Source: Lepidodermella squamata (Eukaryota; Animalia; Gastrotricha). From it: DNA of 64,000 nucleotides. Positions 24,915 through 37,860 of the stretch are shown piece after piece; position 1 is the first letter of the stretch; each line of letters begins with the position of its first letter. The notes beneath the pieces were generated by a model, which had not been told where the DNA came from, did no database searches, and was given only the letters and a program-made list of their open reading frames with translations. The stretch covers positions 2,170,001 to 2,234,000 of the forward strand of contig JBLDXI010000033.1 in the NCBI GenBank assembly GCA_047495785.1, given 5' to 3'. The position numbers and the translations under genes are program-made.

Positions 24915-27900
24915 CTATTTAGATGATGCGTCATTCGACGCTTCTGAGCCTTCGTCTTTCGTGGCGAGATTCAGGGGTCCAGTACTGCCCGAGCTGGCTT
25001 TCCGCGATGACGTCGATGACGAGCTTGCCGATGCCGGTTTAGTGACCGGTTTCGATAGATCCAACACGTCGTCAGCCTCAGCCGCCGCCGACGATTGGGC
25101 GGATGGCGGGCGTGGCGGGGGTGGAGCTGGGGCGGCTTGTTTCGGAGGTTTCGGAGCCGGGTTGGACGACGAGGCAGAAGACGGTGGGCGAGGTTTCGGA
25201 GGCGCTGGTGGTTCTGAAGCCGCGCCGCTGCCAGCTATAGCGGCCTGAAGCAGTTGCTCGGCTAGACCAGGCGGTAATCCGCCCAAGCCCCGAAGACCCT
25301 CGGCTAACGACGCAGCCGCTAGTTGCTGCTGAGCTTGCTGGGCCATTTGCTGCTGGGCCAACTGCTGTTGCAGCAGCATAGACGCAAGCATCAACGGATC
25401 GCCGAACATCATCGCCGATGGGTTGCCGAACAATTGGGAGAGCGTTTCGGCCGAAATACCAGGCGGCAGACCGGGCAGCCCACCTAACCCTCCCAGACCA
25501 GGTATAGCTGAGCCCAGTAAAGCAGCGGCCTGCAGCTGAGCGGCTGCTTGTTGTTGCGCCTGCTGCTGGGCGGCAGCGGCAGCCATCGCCGCGGCTTGCG
25601 CATTCGATGAGGCCTTGCTGCTACTACTGCCCGGATCTTTCTTCGACGAGGACGAAGCACCGCCGTGATGCTCTTTGTGTGGTTTTTCAGGTCGCTCTGA
25701 CTTTTCGTGTTTATCTTGTTTATCATGTTTATCATGCTTCTCGTGTTTCTCGTGCTTTTCGTGCTTTTCAGCCGATAGATCTTTCAACTCATGAGATGAA
25801 GATGAAGGCTTCATAGCACTGGTATCGACAATTCGAGGTTTTCGAGGTGGTTTCGGAACTTCTTTCGGAGCTTCTTTCGGGGTGGTCGATAGAGACCGCT
25901 CGGGTATACTTGACGAGGAGCTTTCGTCAACAGGCGGCGGAGGCGGTTTCTCGGTCGATTTCCGTTTTTTAGCCTCAGCTTTCGGCGGTTTTTCATCGCT
26001 GGGCTCAGGTGCCCCGGGTAACGACTGGGCGGCTTCGTCGGCCGGAGGCGGGGTAGCGGCCCTCGGTTCCTTCTTCGGATTTTTCGGCGGCCGGCCCTTT
26101 CTGCCGGGCACTTTCGCCGGGGTCGGTTTCGGGGTTGGTTCGGCGTCGAGCGAAGAATCATTACCGCCAAGACCGGACTGGTCAGCCTGGTGGGAGGTGT
26201 CCCGATCAGAGGCACCCGGGTTCGTCTCGTCATCCTCGGCCACGACCACCTTTTTCCGTTTTTTCGACGAAGACGTCGGGGCAGGGGGTTGCTTCCGCTT
26301 CTTCGGCGTTTTCTTCTCCCTCTTCGCAGATGACTCCGGGTCGTCTTCCGCCCCATTCGTAGCCCCATCACCCTCGCCGCCTTCCTCAGCGTTATCACCG
26401 CCCTCCTCGTCATCGCCAGTTGCGGATAACTTGGAATTTTCGTCATCGTCCTCGGCGCCTTCGCCCGATTTCGACTTTTTGCCCTTCTTCGGCGTTGCAT
26501 CCTGCGCTTTCCTCTTGCCCCGGCCGCGGCCAGATGGCGCCGCCGCAGCCTCTGCCTCTTCCTCCTCGTCCAAAATGTCGTTCAGCCACTGCTCGTCGCT
26601 CATAGAATCGATCGCATAATCAACCTGTTTCCGCTCACGAGCACCGCGACCACGCAATTGCTCCTCCAACTCTTGCTCCTCAACCACACGCTGCAAGTCC
26701 TCCTCGTCTCGCAACAGCCAGGCAGGCAATTCATTTTCTTGAATTAAACGCGACTTCCAACCGGACTGCATGTGCTCGCGGTTGATGCGTTCCATATCGA
26801 TTTTCTCGAAAATTTCCGCCTCATCCTCACTACGAGCCATCATTTCATTGATGGCCTTGTCGTCGGGGACCTCGAGATCTTCCTCCTCCTCCATATCGTC
26901 CTGTTGCAGCAGGAGTTGTAGAAAACGCTTCCGCTCGTTTGAGGTGGATTTCTGGTCAAACATGCCGGCTTGAATGACCTTTTCGTCGACGTTCAATTTG
27001 AAGCGCGCCGCGGCTAAAATTCGCTCTTCGACCGAATTCACGGTCATCAAACGCAAGACACGCACTTCATTGCGCTGGCCGATACGATGCGCACGATCTT
27101 GCGCCTGCAAATCTTGGTGCGGGTTCCAGTCAGAGTCGAAAATGATGACGGTGTCGGCAGATTGCAAATTCAAACCAAGACCGCCAGCTCGGGTCGATAG
27201 GATGAAGATGAAGTACTCCGCATTCGGGTCCTGAAATTGCTTCAGCAAGTCGCCTCGCTCCTCGGCCTTCGTAGTACCATCCAGGCGAAGGTACTTGTAA
27301 CCACGCCAATTGAAATAGTCCTCCAAAATCGACAAGGCAGAAGTCATCTATAAAATTAAAATTAAATTTTAATCGAAATTTTAGGAAAAATTTTGTTACC
27401 TGAGAGAAAAGCAAAACTCGATGTCCGGTTGCTCTGAGTTTTGGCAGGATACGATCGAGGAGTTCGAACTTGCCGGCAGCTCGGTACAGATCCGGCCCGG
27501 TAATCGACGTGTTCGGTTCTAGACCGATGTGCGCGGCGTAGGCCTGTTCGTAGTGGGGGAACATGAACGGGTGATTGCACACCTTTCGCAGCTGCATCAG
27601 CGTGTTCATTAGGGTGCGAGCGCCCTTCTTGTCCTTATCAGACACGTCCGTCAACATGATACCCTTCTGCATGTGGCGGTAGATGGCACGCTGCAGGCCG
27701 GACATTTCCACCTTAATGACATACTCGACCTTGTCGGGGAGTTGAGATTCGACCTCCTTTTTAAGGCGGCGGAGAAGGAAAGGACGAAGCACCTTGTGTA
27801 GACGTCGAATGATCAAAAGCGATTCTTCGCTGTTCAACTCGACTTTTTCGGTCGTGTTGGCGAATGGCGCGTTGAACCACTGTTCGAACGTAGTGCAAGA

Positions 27901-30016
27901 CTTAAAAATGTTGGGTAACATGAAATTGAGCAGCGCCCACAATTCGGGCAGTTTATTTTGCAGCGGCGTGCCGGTCAGCAGCAGACGATGCGGCGCCGTA
28001 TAGTACGTGTTCAAAATGATAGTCAGTTTGCAGTGGTGGTTCTTCATGCGGTGACCTTCGTCGATAATCAGGTACTTCCACTTGATTTTCGACAAAACGG
28101 CCTTGTCCTTGATGATGTACTCGTAGGTTGTTAGCAACACATTGAATCGCGCTGTTTTAATCTGAGAGGCAAGATTTCGACGCGATTGAGGAGAACCTTA
28201 AAAAAATGATAATTTAAGGAGGATTATATAAAAAAAATTTAATTTCACCTTTGTAGGTAATCACAGTAAGGCTTGGAACCCATTTTTCAAACTCATATTG
28301 CCAATTGGAAATTGTAGAAAGCGGTACGATGATCAAATGCGGCCCGTTCGACTTCTTCTTATCGGCCAAGTGAGCAATTAGACCGATAGTTTGGATAGTC
28401 TTGCCAAGACCCATCTCATCGGCCAGAATACCGTTCAAATTGTTGTTGAACAGCGAAACCAGCCATTCGATACCTTTGAGCTGGTACTTTTTCAACTCGC
28501 CGTTCACCATGTTCGACGGCTGCTTGTCAACCGGCTCGATAACGGAGTGGGCGATAGCGTAGTAATTATTGAATCCAGCTCCTCGTTTGTAGTCATCGTC
28601 TTCCTCAAGCCTGGCCTGCTCGATAATAGCTTTAGTTTGCTCGTCCTCGGGCAAATCAGAGGAGGTGCCCGCTGGTTTGGCGGAGGCTGCACTTATAGGC
28701 CGATCTTGGTTGTTCGTATTGTTGGTTTCGTCATCGCTCTCCTCGTCTCGAGGCTCAACTTCGAAGCCCTGGTGCATTTCGAGCCAAGTCTCGAGTTGCG
28801 ATTCAAGCGGCGCGTCTTTCCCGCTCAATCGCTCGCCCGTCTCCGGGTTGTGAACAGTGACTCGTCGCTCGCCATCTTCCGTGACCAGGTCCAATTTCTC
28901 GCGACGCCGTTTCGCCTTGTCAGAATCGATTTTCTTCTGAGTATCCACTTTATGCTGTTTGACCAGGTTGACCAAGTTTAAAATAAACTCATCGGTTTGT
29001 TTCAGCAAGAACGCAAGACGCTTGTCCTTCTTCTCGTCAATCATCTTACGATAACCGACTTCATCCTCAGCCATCAAACGGTTGATACGCTCCTTCTCGT
29101 TACGCTCGGCCTGTTTCTTCGCCTCGCGCTCGGTGTTGGCATGCCAGGCTAGAACGCTCTTGCCGACCTTGTTCAACGTAGCCCGAATGCCCTTGTGGTA
29201 CTCCTTGAACTCTTTGCCGTGTTGAATGACAGCGTTGATGTACTCGAGATGCTTTTGGCGTTTCTTCCGTTCCATCTCAATCTTCTGTTGCCGCTCCAGC
29301 TTCTCGGTAATTCGCGCCTCTCGCAACGTTTGCCGCTTCGGACGGCGGTAGTCTTTCATATTGAGCATCGTCTGAAGGGTGTTATCGCGCCGCATGAAGC
29401 CGAGAACTTCATTGCGAAGTGATCGCTGGAAATCAACGAGGCGCAGGGCCTTCAAAGTGATCGTCGCTTTGACTCGTAGGTCATCGCTACAGTTCAACGG
29501 CGTGGTTTCCAACTCACGAATGTGGTAAGACATGCGTTGCGCAACCCGGTTCTCGCGTTCGATCAACAACTGGATCGGGTCAACTCCGGGAGGTTTGGCG
29601 GCCGCGGCGGTTTTGCCAGGTCTCTGCTGCATTTGCAACATGGTCTGAACAGAAATTTGCGGCTGAGCCGGGACTACGGCGGTCTGTGGGGGTGGTCCGG
29701 CTGGAGCAGGGCTTGGCCCAGTCGACGCCAGTAAACCAGCTACCGTTGTGGTCTGGCCGGTCGTACTGAGAGACGCCCGGGTTCGGTCGACAGCAACGGC
29801 TAGAAATCCGTCGGGAACGGCCTGATTTCGCGACAACAGTCGGTAAGTGTTAATCTGAGCTCGCAGCTGAGCCATTTGGGCTTCCGAGAAAAGCCGCATA
29901 GCCGCGGCGTTACCACCAGGTGGTGGCGCCGGTCCGGGCGGGCGTTGGCCATAACCAGGCTCCATTTGAGAATTAGCCGACGGCTGGAGGTACGAAACAC
30001 TGCCAGCGCCGTCCAT
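24915..30016 (-). CDS. SMARCA4: SWI/SNF ATPase Brahma/SMARCA2-4 paralog B without bromodomain; introns 28197-28248 and 27348-27399
   Basis: QLQ ([12 protein letters not shown]), HSA, BRK ([12 protein letters not shown]...WLEMH), [13 protein letters not shown], HELICc ([11 protein letters not shown]), SnAC; long low-complexity tail. Symbol denotes the SMARCA2/4 family, not a specific vertebrate ortholog. Confidence 0.95.
25700..25770 (-). repeat. 9-nt tandem repeat encoding (K-H-E/D)n
   Basis: [23 protein letters not shown] in ORF 24915-27347. Confidence 0.8.
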
Positions 30017-30180
30017 TCAGATTTATAAAAAGCCTAAAATAAATGAAACACAAGTTAAACACCTTTAAAAATTCAATAATGAAAAAGACACCAGAGTTGA
30101 GGCTATCATCAAGCGAAAGAGTTGAAAGTAAAAATATATTCGTGTACAATAGAGCTGGATTATTATTATAATATTCGATA

Positions 30181-33100
30181 TCAGCCCTGAAATGATTGAG
30201 AATCTTCATAACCGACGATTTCTTCATATTCAACCGCATATCCACCGTACAAATCATCAGTCTCGTCTTGTTCTTGGTAAGGATCCTGATCCTGGTCTTG
30301 GTCCTGGTCTTGTTCAGACTCTTCCTCCTCCTCGGCGTAAGAGGTTGTCGATTCATTGTAACCGTAGCCGGACTGCTGGGAGTGATCGTCTTGCTCAAAA
30401 TTGCTAGTAGTAGGCTCTTCGATGTAGGCAGAACTCACGCCAGGTTCTTCAACTTTTTCCCGCTTTTTCCGCGGCTTTTTCGGTTTCTTAGGCTCACCAG
30501 GTTGGCCCGAAGCAGGTCGCTTCTTCCGACGACCGGTGTCCTCATCAAGCACTTCCCGCATCCATTGCTCTTCGGTTTGAGAGTCTTTACCATAGTCGAC
30601 TTGCTTACGTTCTCTTGCTCCTAAACAGAAAATCCAGCTTAATAATAGGAGGAACATTATTATTTAAAAAACTGACCTCGGCCGTAATAAAGGTCTTCAA
30701 GTTCTTTTTCCTCAGTAATACGACGGAGATCTTCTTCGTTTTTCAAAAGCCATTTCGGTAGTTCAGTTTCTTGGATGAGTCGCGACCGAAGACCAATCGC
30801 TTGGTCCCTCGCTTCACGCTCCATGTCCATTTTCTCGAAGAATTCCGCCTCATCTTCGCCACGAGCCATCATTTCATTTATCGCCTTATCATCAGGTACT
30901 TCAAGGTCTTCCTCCTCTTCCAAATCATCTTGCTGAAGAAGCAGTTGCAAAAAGCGTTTTCGTTCATTTGAGGTAGACTTTTGATCGAATTTTCCGGCCT
31001 GGATGACCTTTTCGTCGACGCTCAGCTTGAAACGAGCCGCGGCTAAAATACGCTCCTCGACCGAATTAGCGGTAACTAATCTCAGGACACGAACTTCGCT
31101 TTTCTGGCCAATACGATGAGCACGATCTTGCGCCTGCAGATCCTGATGAGGATTCCAGTCGGAGTCGAAGATAATGACAGTATCAGCGGATTGCAAATTC
31201 AACCCTAAACCTCCAGCTCGGGTCGACAGGATGAAAATGAAATAATCAGAGCCTGGCGCTTGAAATTTTCGCAGCAATTCGCCGCGGTCATCAGATTTTG
31301 TCGAGCCGTCAAGACGCAAATACTTGTACTGCTTCAACTGGAAATAGTCTTCCAAAATCGTCAAAGCAGACGTCATTTGCGAAAACATCAAGATTCGATG
31401 CCCTGTCGCTTTCAACTTCGGGAGAATGCGATCGAGAAGTTCGAACTTTCCGGAAGCTCTGAACAAATCGTTGCCAGTGATATGGGACTCCTTTGCCAGA
31501 CCGATATGGTCAGCGTAAGCGCGTTCAATTTGAGGGAACATGAACGGGTGATTGCAAATTTTTCGCAATTGCATCAATGTATTCATCAAAGTTTTGGTGC
31601 CACTGCCCTTTTCGGCCTTATCAGTATCGTTCGTCAACATAAAACCTTTCTGCATGTGGCCGTAGACAACACGCTGTAGACCGGACATTTCCACCTTAAT
31701 AACGTATTCAACTTTATCGGGAAGTTGCGATTCGACCTCCTTTTTAAGGCGGCGCAGAAGGAAAGGTCTCAGGACCTTGTGAAGTCGTCGAATGATCAAA
31801 ATCGACTCTTCGCTGTTTAATTCCACCTTTTCGCCCGTATTCGCGAAAGGAGCGTTGAACCACTGTTCGAATGTCGAGCATGACTTGAAAATATTCGGTA
31901 GCATGAAATTCAACAAAGCCCACAATTCCGGCAGCTTATTCTGAAGGGGTGTACCAGTTAGAAGCAGGCGATGAGGGGCTGAGTAGTACGTATTCAACAC
32001 CACTGTCAATTTGCAGTGATGATTCTTCATTCGATGACCCTCGTCAATTATCAAGTACTTCCATTTCGTCTTCGAAAGGATAGATTTGTCTTTTATGATG
32101 TACTCATAAGTGGTCAACAAAACATTGAAGCGGCCGGTTTTGATCTGATTGGCCAGGTTTTTACGATGCTGGGGCGAACCTTTGTACGTAATTACAGTCA
32201 AATTCGGCACCCATTTCTCGAACTCGTATTGCCAATTGGAGATCGTGGCGAGAGGCACAACAATAACATGAGGCCCGGTCGTTTTCTTCTTATCAGCCAG
32301 ATACGCGATCAAGCCAATTGTTTGAATTGTTTTACCGAGACCCATTTCGTCGGCCAAAATGCCGTTCAAATTGTTATTGTACAACGAAACGAGCCATTCG
32401 ATGCCTTTGAGCTGGTACTCCTTAAGCTCACCGTTAATCATATTCGACGGCTGCTTTGTGACAGGCTCCACAACTGAATGAGCGATGGCGTAGTAGTTTC
32501 CGCTGTCAGTACTGTTTCGTTGATATTCATCATCCTCTTCAGTCTTCGCCTTTTCGATAATCGCCTTGGCCTGATCGTCATCGGTCGGCTCAAGAGCCCG
32601 GTCAGTTTCACCGTCTTCATCACGAGGAGCGACCTCAAAACCTGAAGAAATGCAACATATAAAAAATGAAGAAAAATCCACCTTAACTAATTACCTGGAT
32701 GCATTTCTAGCCAGGATTCGAGCTGAGATTCTAGTGGAGCATCTTTTTGACTGATTCTTTCGCCCGTGACTGGATTGTGCAAAACAATTCTCCGCTCGCC
32801 GCCATCTTGATCAGCTTGCATGCGCCGTCTTTCACGTTCCTCCCGATCCAAAACAAGCCGCCTCTCAGCAGCATCTTCTTTGTGTTGCTTCACCAAATTG
32901 ACCAAATTTAAAATGAACTCATCAGTTTGCTTGAGAAGGAACGCCAGACGCTTGTCTTTTTTCTCATCAATCATCATTCGGTAGCCGGCTTCATCCTCGG
33001 CCATCAGGCGCTGGAGTCGCTCCCTTTCTATTTTCTCCTGCTGGCGTTTGAACTCCCTTTCGTTGTTCAAATGCCACGTCAAAACAGCTTTTCCTATCTT

Positions 33101-33880
33101 TGAGGTAGTCTGGTGAGCGGTTTTGTGAAACTCCCTGAATTCTTTCGCATGCTGAAGAACCGATGCGAGATACTCCGCGTTTTTCTGCTTCTTTTCTCGC
33201 TCCATAATCAATTTTTGCTGCCGTTGTTGCCTGAATAATTTCTGCTGCCGCTTCGATAAATTCGCAATATTAACATTGCTGTCACTGGGCTCGTTGAGCT
33301 TTTGCTTAATTATCGACGCAACGTCAGTTCTGACTGATTTCTGAAATTGCGACAATCGAAGAGCTCGCAGCGTGATTTGCGCTTTTAGCTTCGAGTCTTC
33401 ATCAGGTAAAAACTGCTGGTATTTGTCGACTTCCCGCGCGTGAAGAGCCATGCGAGTCGCGAGGCGGACATTTCTCTCCAAGACAACATGGGCTCGGTCG
33501 ATGGGTTGGGGTGGCACGGCCGGGGCAAGTTTACTTTGCCTGGCACTTTGGCGTTGGACTTGAATCGCTAACGACGGAGTTTCGACCGGGCTCGACCAGT
33601 CAGGCCGCGGGTCGAAAGTGAAGGACAGACTAGTTTTCTGGCATACTTTGCCTCGATTTAGCGCAACGGACAACAATCCTTCGGGAATGGTCAGTTTTTG
33701 AATAAACGCCCGATAGGCGTAGATTTGAGCCCTCAGTTGAGAAAACTGAGCCCCGGTAAAACGAACGGGTTCAGTCGGCGGATCGTAGGACGGGCATGAG
33801 CTCGAACGGTCGTACAGAGGAACCGGCTCTTCTTTGGTTTCGGAAAGTAGAGAACCCAAGAGGTCCTCATTTTCCAACAT
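30181..33880 (-). CDS. SMARCA4: SWI/SNF ATPase Brahma/SMARCA2-4 paralog A without bromodomain; introns 32642-32694 and 30621-30676
   Basis: QLQ, HSA, BRK, SNF2_N, HELICc and SnAC as in paralog B; ends in a short acidic Tyr-rich tail with a QD repeat. Family-level symbol. Confidence 0.95.
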
Positions 33881-34120
33881 TTTCAAACAATAAAACTCTA
33901 TTTGAATGATAAAATGACTTCCTTAGATTTTTACTCGCTTCTCCACATGCAGTGTGTTATTTTGTTTTCTTTTAATTCTTGAAGTATTCTCCGAGTTTAT
34001 AGAACCAAAATGTAGACTTTGGAATGATTTTGTCACGATCACCAGTTCAACCTGCTGAAGAAACAATGAAATGGTTCGGTTGGAAGTGACTCGCTGAAAA
34101 TTACATTCAAAGAGACTTTC

Positions 34121-35780
34121 TTAGTTGGAGCCCTGAGCACCATGGGTCAAAATGGTTGCAGCAGCGAAATTTCGCTGGACAACAGTGGCAGAGACACGGC
34201 TCGCCTCGGCAGCGGTGTGGCCGAGCTGCGAGGCTAGCAACAACGCTGGCAGCTGGTTGGTGGTCTGAGGCTGGCGAATGTTATGAGCAATTTCTTCCTC
34301 GGTAATCGGCACAGTCGGCTCGCCACGAGACGCCTTGCTGCGGTTCTCAGCCTCGCGGCGGGAAACGTATTGCTGGCGCATCTGCAGATAGCGCGCTTGC
34401 TGCACGCAGTTCTGAACCGAGCGACCAGCGTCAACGGCCAACTCTTCGGCACACAGCGCCAAATCACGCAGGTGGCGTTGCAGGGCAACGGTAGTTTGTT
34501 GTTGGCTGCAAAGACAAAGTAACCCATCTTAATTTCATCCTTCAAACCCCCGACTTTTTCGTAATTTGAGACACATCATTATGCTTATGCAATAAAGCGC
34601 AACCCTCAAAAACGCAATAAAATTGTGAAAATCCAATAAAACGCGTCAAGTACCTAGTAAGATTTTCCTTCTTCGCCGTTTTGAGTGCCTGGCACGAGCT
34701 TCGGACGTTGAAAGCGCCGAACTGATGCAACAGAATGTTCGAAAGATCCGAGTTGCGGACAGTAACCGGGAGCTGCTCGAAAATGTTCTCGAAGGTCAGG
34801 CCGTGCTGGCGCATCGTCTGCGGCGTGAAGACGTTGTTGTCGTAGAGCGCAACAGCGGCGTCGCTGAGGCGGTACGCACGAACCAGGCACGGCGGGGTGG
34901 TGAAAGCAGCGAGAACGTTCGACGGGTTCGCCTTCACCTTCGCCAGGTTATTCAGATCAATGACGAGTACGACGCTCTCGTCGTGCTGTTGCTGGTAGCC
35001 GAACTGGTGCTCGACGAACGCTTTCGTGGCGAAATTCGCAACGGAAGCGGTCGTGTACCAGCCGACAGCGACGTGGTCCTGGCGGAACATGCGCATCGTC
35101 GACAGCATGTCCATTTGATACCTGAAATTTTCATTTTTTTCAATCATGTCAGCAAATTTAACATCATAACATCTCGTAATTGAACAATTCATTTCATTAC
35201 GGTCCCCAGCTCTGCATCGAGTATATTAATGACTTTTGTGGAATAGCAGTCGAGCATACATAGTATGCAAATATTTAACAACAGATTTTCGCTTGCAACT
35301 AAACTAAACTAAAGGTACTGATGTTCAGGGTCGTTTTAATCTACCTCGCTAGAATATAGTACATTTTACACCCACTGAATAAAGATAACCTCATTATCTA
35401 GGGTGGATTGACAACAATTAGGCCAGTTTTATAACCTAGACATTTACATCAAGAAATTTACATATTGAATTTCGTGAATCATCTTTCATATCATTTCAAC
35501 GGCCTTACTTGTTTTCAATGTGTTCACGACGAGTCGCATCTTCAATGTGGTCAAGCGATGGAGACGAGAAGCAATTCGTCACCTCGAGGGTCGATCCAAC
35601 CAGTAGACCGACCAGCTTGCCCTCCGCACGCTGGTTCGTCTCTTCGGCGCTGCCGGATAGAAGAGACTCGGCGTGACGCAGCATTTTCATGAGGGTTACG
35701 CCCTCGAGTTGCACGGCTTCCGGTTTGGCGATCATGTGAACTGAGCCGCGATGCTGGCCTACAGGTTGCGCTTGCCTCAT
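34121..35780 (-). CDS. EIF3H: Translation initiation factor 3 subunit H (MPN domain), 3 exons
   Basis: VQLEGVTLMKMLRH, GKLVGL...LEVTNCF, YQMDML...DHVAVGWY, IFEQLPVTVRNS and C-terminal ENRSKASRGEP match eIF3h; introns about 35122-35507 and 34506-34653. Confidence 0.88.
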
Positions 35781-36390
35781 TTTAAAAATTATAACGATAA
35801 CGAAATCTAAAAATATCAAGGGATTAAATTGTATTAACAACACGTAATGGGCTTTTATTGAAATAATCAACCGTAAATAATATAAATTTGGCGGTGTATG
35901 GAAAAAAATCAAGGGAAGAAAAATCGAAAAACCGCTGTTGATCAATATCGTTACGAAAGACGATATAAAAATAATGATAATAATAATAATCGATGACTGG
36001 TTGATTGGAAAACGCGGGATGATGGAGGTACAAAATCTTTGATTACAGACAGGATTCACAACAGATTGCCACTGATTTTGAAGAAGAATAATAATAATAA
36101 GCAAAATCATATTGCGTCTAAGGCACCGCGATATCAATCGATTGGAGACCTGAATGTGGAAAACTTCGTTGTAACTAAAACGGTCCATGCACCATAAAAA
36201 TTTGTTAACAAATGGCCGTAAAAGCCAAGGCATGTGATAGTTCACAGCTAATCATACAACCTTAACACATGTGTGAAGCAGCAATGAAATGGTAACAGTA
36301 ATTCCTAAACGTGCCATTTGTTCACAACCGATCATACTAACGCTAACATATCGTAGTCAATTTCAAGTTCTCAACCGATTTTGAATCGAT

Positions 36391-37860
36391 TTAAATGCCC
36401 ATTTCGGTAAGGGAAGCATCGAATGCGGCTAAGACGTAGTCAGCATCGTGTTGATTGATACACATTGGCGGCTTGAAGCGCAGCGTGTTTCCGAATAGTC
36501 CGGATTTGCCGACGAGAACGTACTTCTCACGTAGTTTCTCCATCAGAAGGGCGGATTTTTCGCCAGCTAATGGCGTCCTCTTGACGGGGTCTTCAACCAA
36601 CTCTATGGCCAGCATTAAACCAAGGCCGCGAACGTCACCGATGGACGGATGCTTCTTCTGCATTTCGGCGACCTTCTTCATGATGTAGGTACCCATTTTC
36701 TTCGAGTTGGCTTGCAATTTCTCCTCCTCGATAACATCAAGAACAGCGCTGCCTACAGCCGAAGCCATAGCATTTCCACCGAAGGTGTTGAAATGCAAAG
36801 CATGCGTTAAAGGCTGTGCAATTTCCTTGGTGGTAACAACAGCAGCAAGAGGGAAGCCATTGCCGATACCCTTCGCCATTGTTACAATATCGGGGACAAC
36901 GCCGTGCGTTTCCCAGCCCCAGAAAGCTTCACCAGTACGGCCAAAACCAGTTTGTACTTCATCAGCAATGCAAAGACCACCACGGGCACGGACAAGCTTA
37001 TAAACCTGTTGCAGATAACCCTTCGGGAATTGGACTGTGCCACCGGCGCCCTGGATAGATTCCGCAATAAACGCTGCCATTTTACTCTTGTAGCAGGTTG
37101 AGCGCAATAGATCCTCAACTTCGTGCACGTAAGCATCGCAAGCTTTACATTGACCGGCAGCACAATCGCATTCGCGATTAGCTTGCACGGGAGAGTTGCG
37201 GCAGTTCTTACCGCCCCACGGGCCCTTGTAGACGTCTGGGCAGATGGCGTGATGATGACCGCCTGGCATGGGGATATTATGGCGCCAAGTCTGCATAGCA
37301 GCCAATGGCATAGTGCTTGGTGAAATGCCGTGATATGCATTGCGAAGAGATACAACATCCTGGCTTCCAGTGTTCAAACGAGCCATCAGCAGTGCCAAAT
37401 CGTTGGCCTCAGAACCGCTGTTAACAAGATAGACGTATTTGAGAGGCTCCGGGAATTTACCAGCAAGTTTTTCAACATAAGTCAATACAGATTCATAATT
37501 GTAAATTGTGGATGTGTGCCACAACTTCTTAGCTTGACCTTCCAAAGCAGCAAGAACTTTAGGGTGACAATGTCCAACGCTGATAGTCACAATTCCGCCC
37601 AAAAAATCTACATATCGCTGGCCCTTCTCGTCAAACAAATACTGCATGTGACCCTGGGTAACAGTCAATGGTGATTTGTAGTAGTGGAAAATACCAGGAT
37701 TGAGATGCTTCTTTCGAATTTCAGTCAACTTATCGGCCGATGGTCCAGTGTACTTGGGCGGCTTATAATCACATGGTGGTAAATCAGCCTGAGTGAAACT
37801 AGACGAGCTGCGGATGCCACCCGCAGACCGAACTTGACGTAATAACTGGCTACGCATCAT
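36391..37860 (-). CDS. AGXT2: Alanine-glyoxylate aminotransferase 2, mitochondrial (class III PLP enzyme), intronless
   Basis: Arg/Ser-rich transit peptide, GHMQYLFD, GIVTISVGHCHP, CPDVYKGPWGG, IADEVQTGFGRTG, PLP lysine in MAKGIGNGFP. Confidence 0.95.
   Translation of the reverse strand: MMRSQLLRQVRSAGGIRSSSSFTQADLPPCDYKPPKYTGPSADKLTEIRKKHLNPGIFHYYKSPLTVTQGHMQYLFDEKGQRYVDFLGGIVTISVGHCHPKVLAALEGQAKKLWHTSTIYNYESVLTYVEKLAGKFPEPLKYVYLVNSGSEANDLALLMARLNTGSQDVVSLRNAYHGISPSTMPLAAMQTWRHNIPMPGGHHHAICPDVYKGPWGGKNCRNSPVQANRECDCAAGQCKACDAYVHEVEDLLRSTCYKSKMAAFIAESIQGAGGTVQFPKGYLQQVYKLVRARGGLCIADEVQTGFGRTGEAFWGWETHGVVPDIVTMAKGIGNGFPLAAVVTTKEIAQPLTHALHFNTFGGNAMASAVGSAVLDVIEEEKLQANSKKMGTYIMKKVAEMQKKHPSIGDVRGLGLMLAIELVEDPVKRTPLAGEKSALLMEKLREKYVLVGKSGLFGNTLRFKPPMCINQHDADYVLAAFDASLTEMGI

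Noticed and set aside
30016-30440. Fusion of Brahma-A to Brahma-B using an internal GTGAGT donor and the acceptor at 30034
   Set aside because: The join is out of frame with paralog B.
36391-37860. Horizontal transfer suggested by an intronless aminotransferase
   Set aside because: It has a mitochondrial transit peptide and AGXT2-specific eukaryotic motifs; other genes here are also intron-poor.
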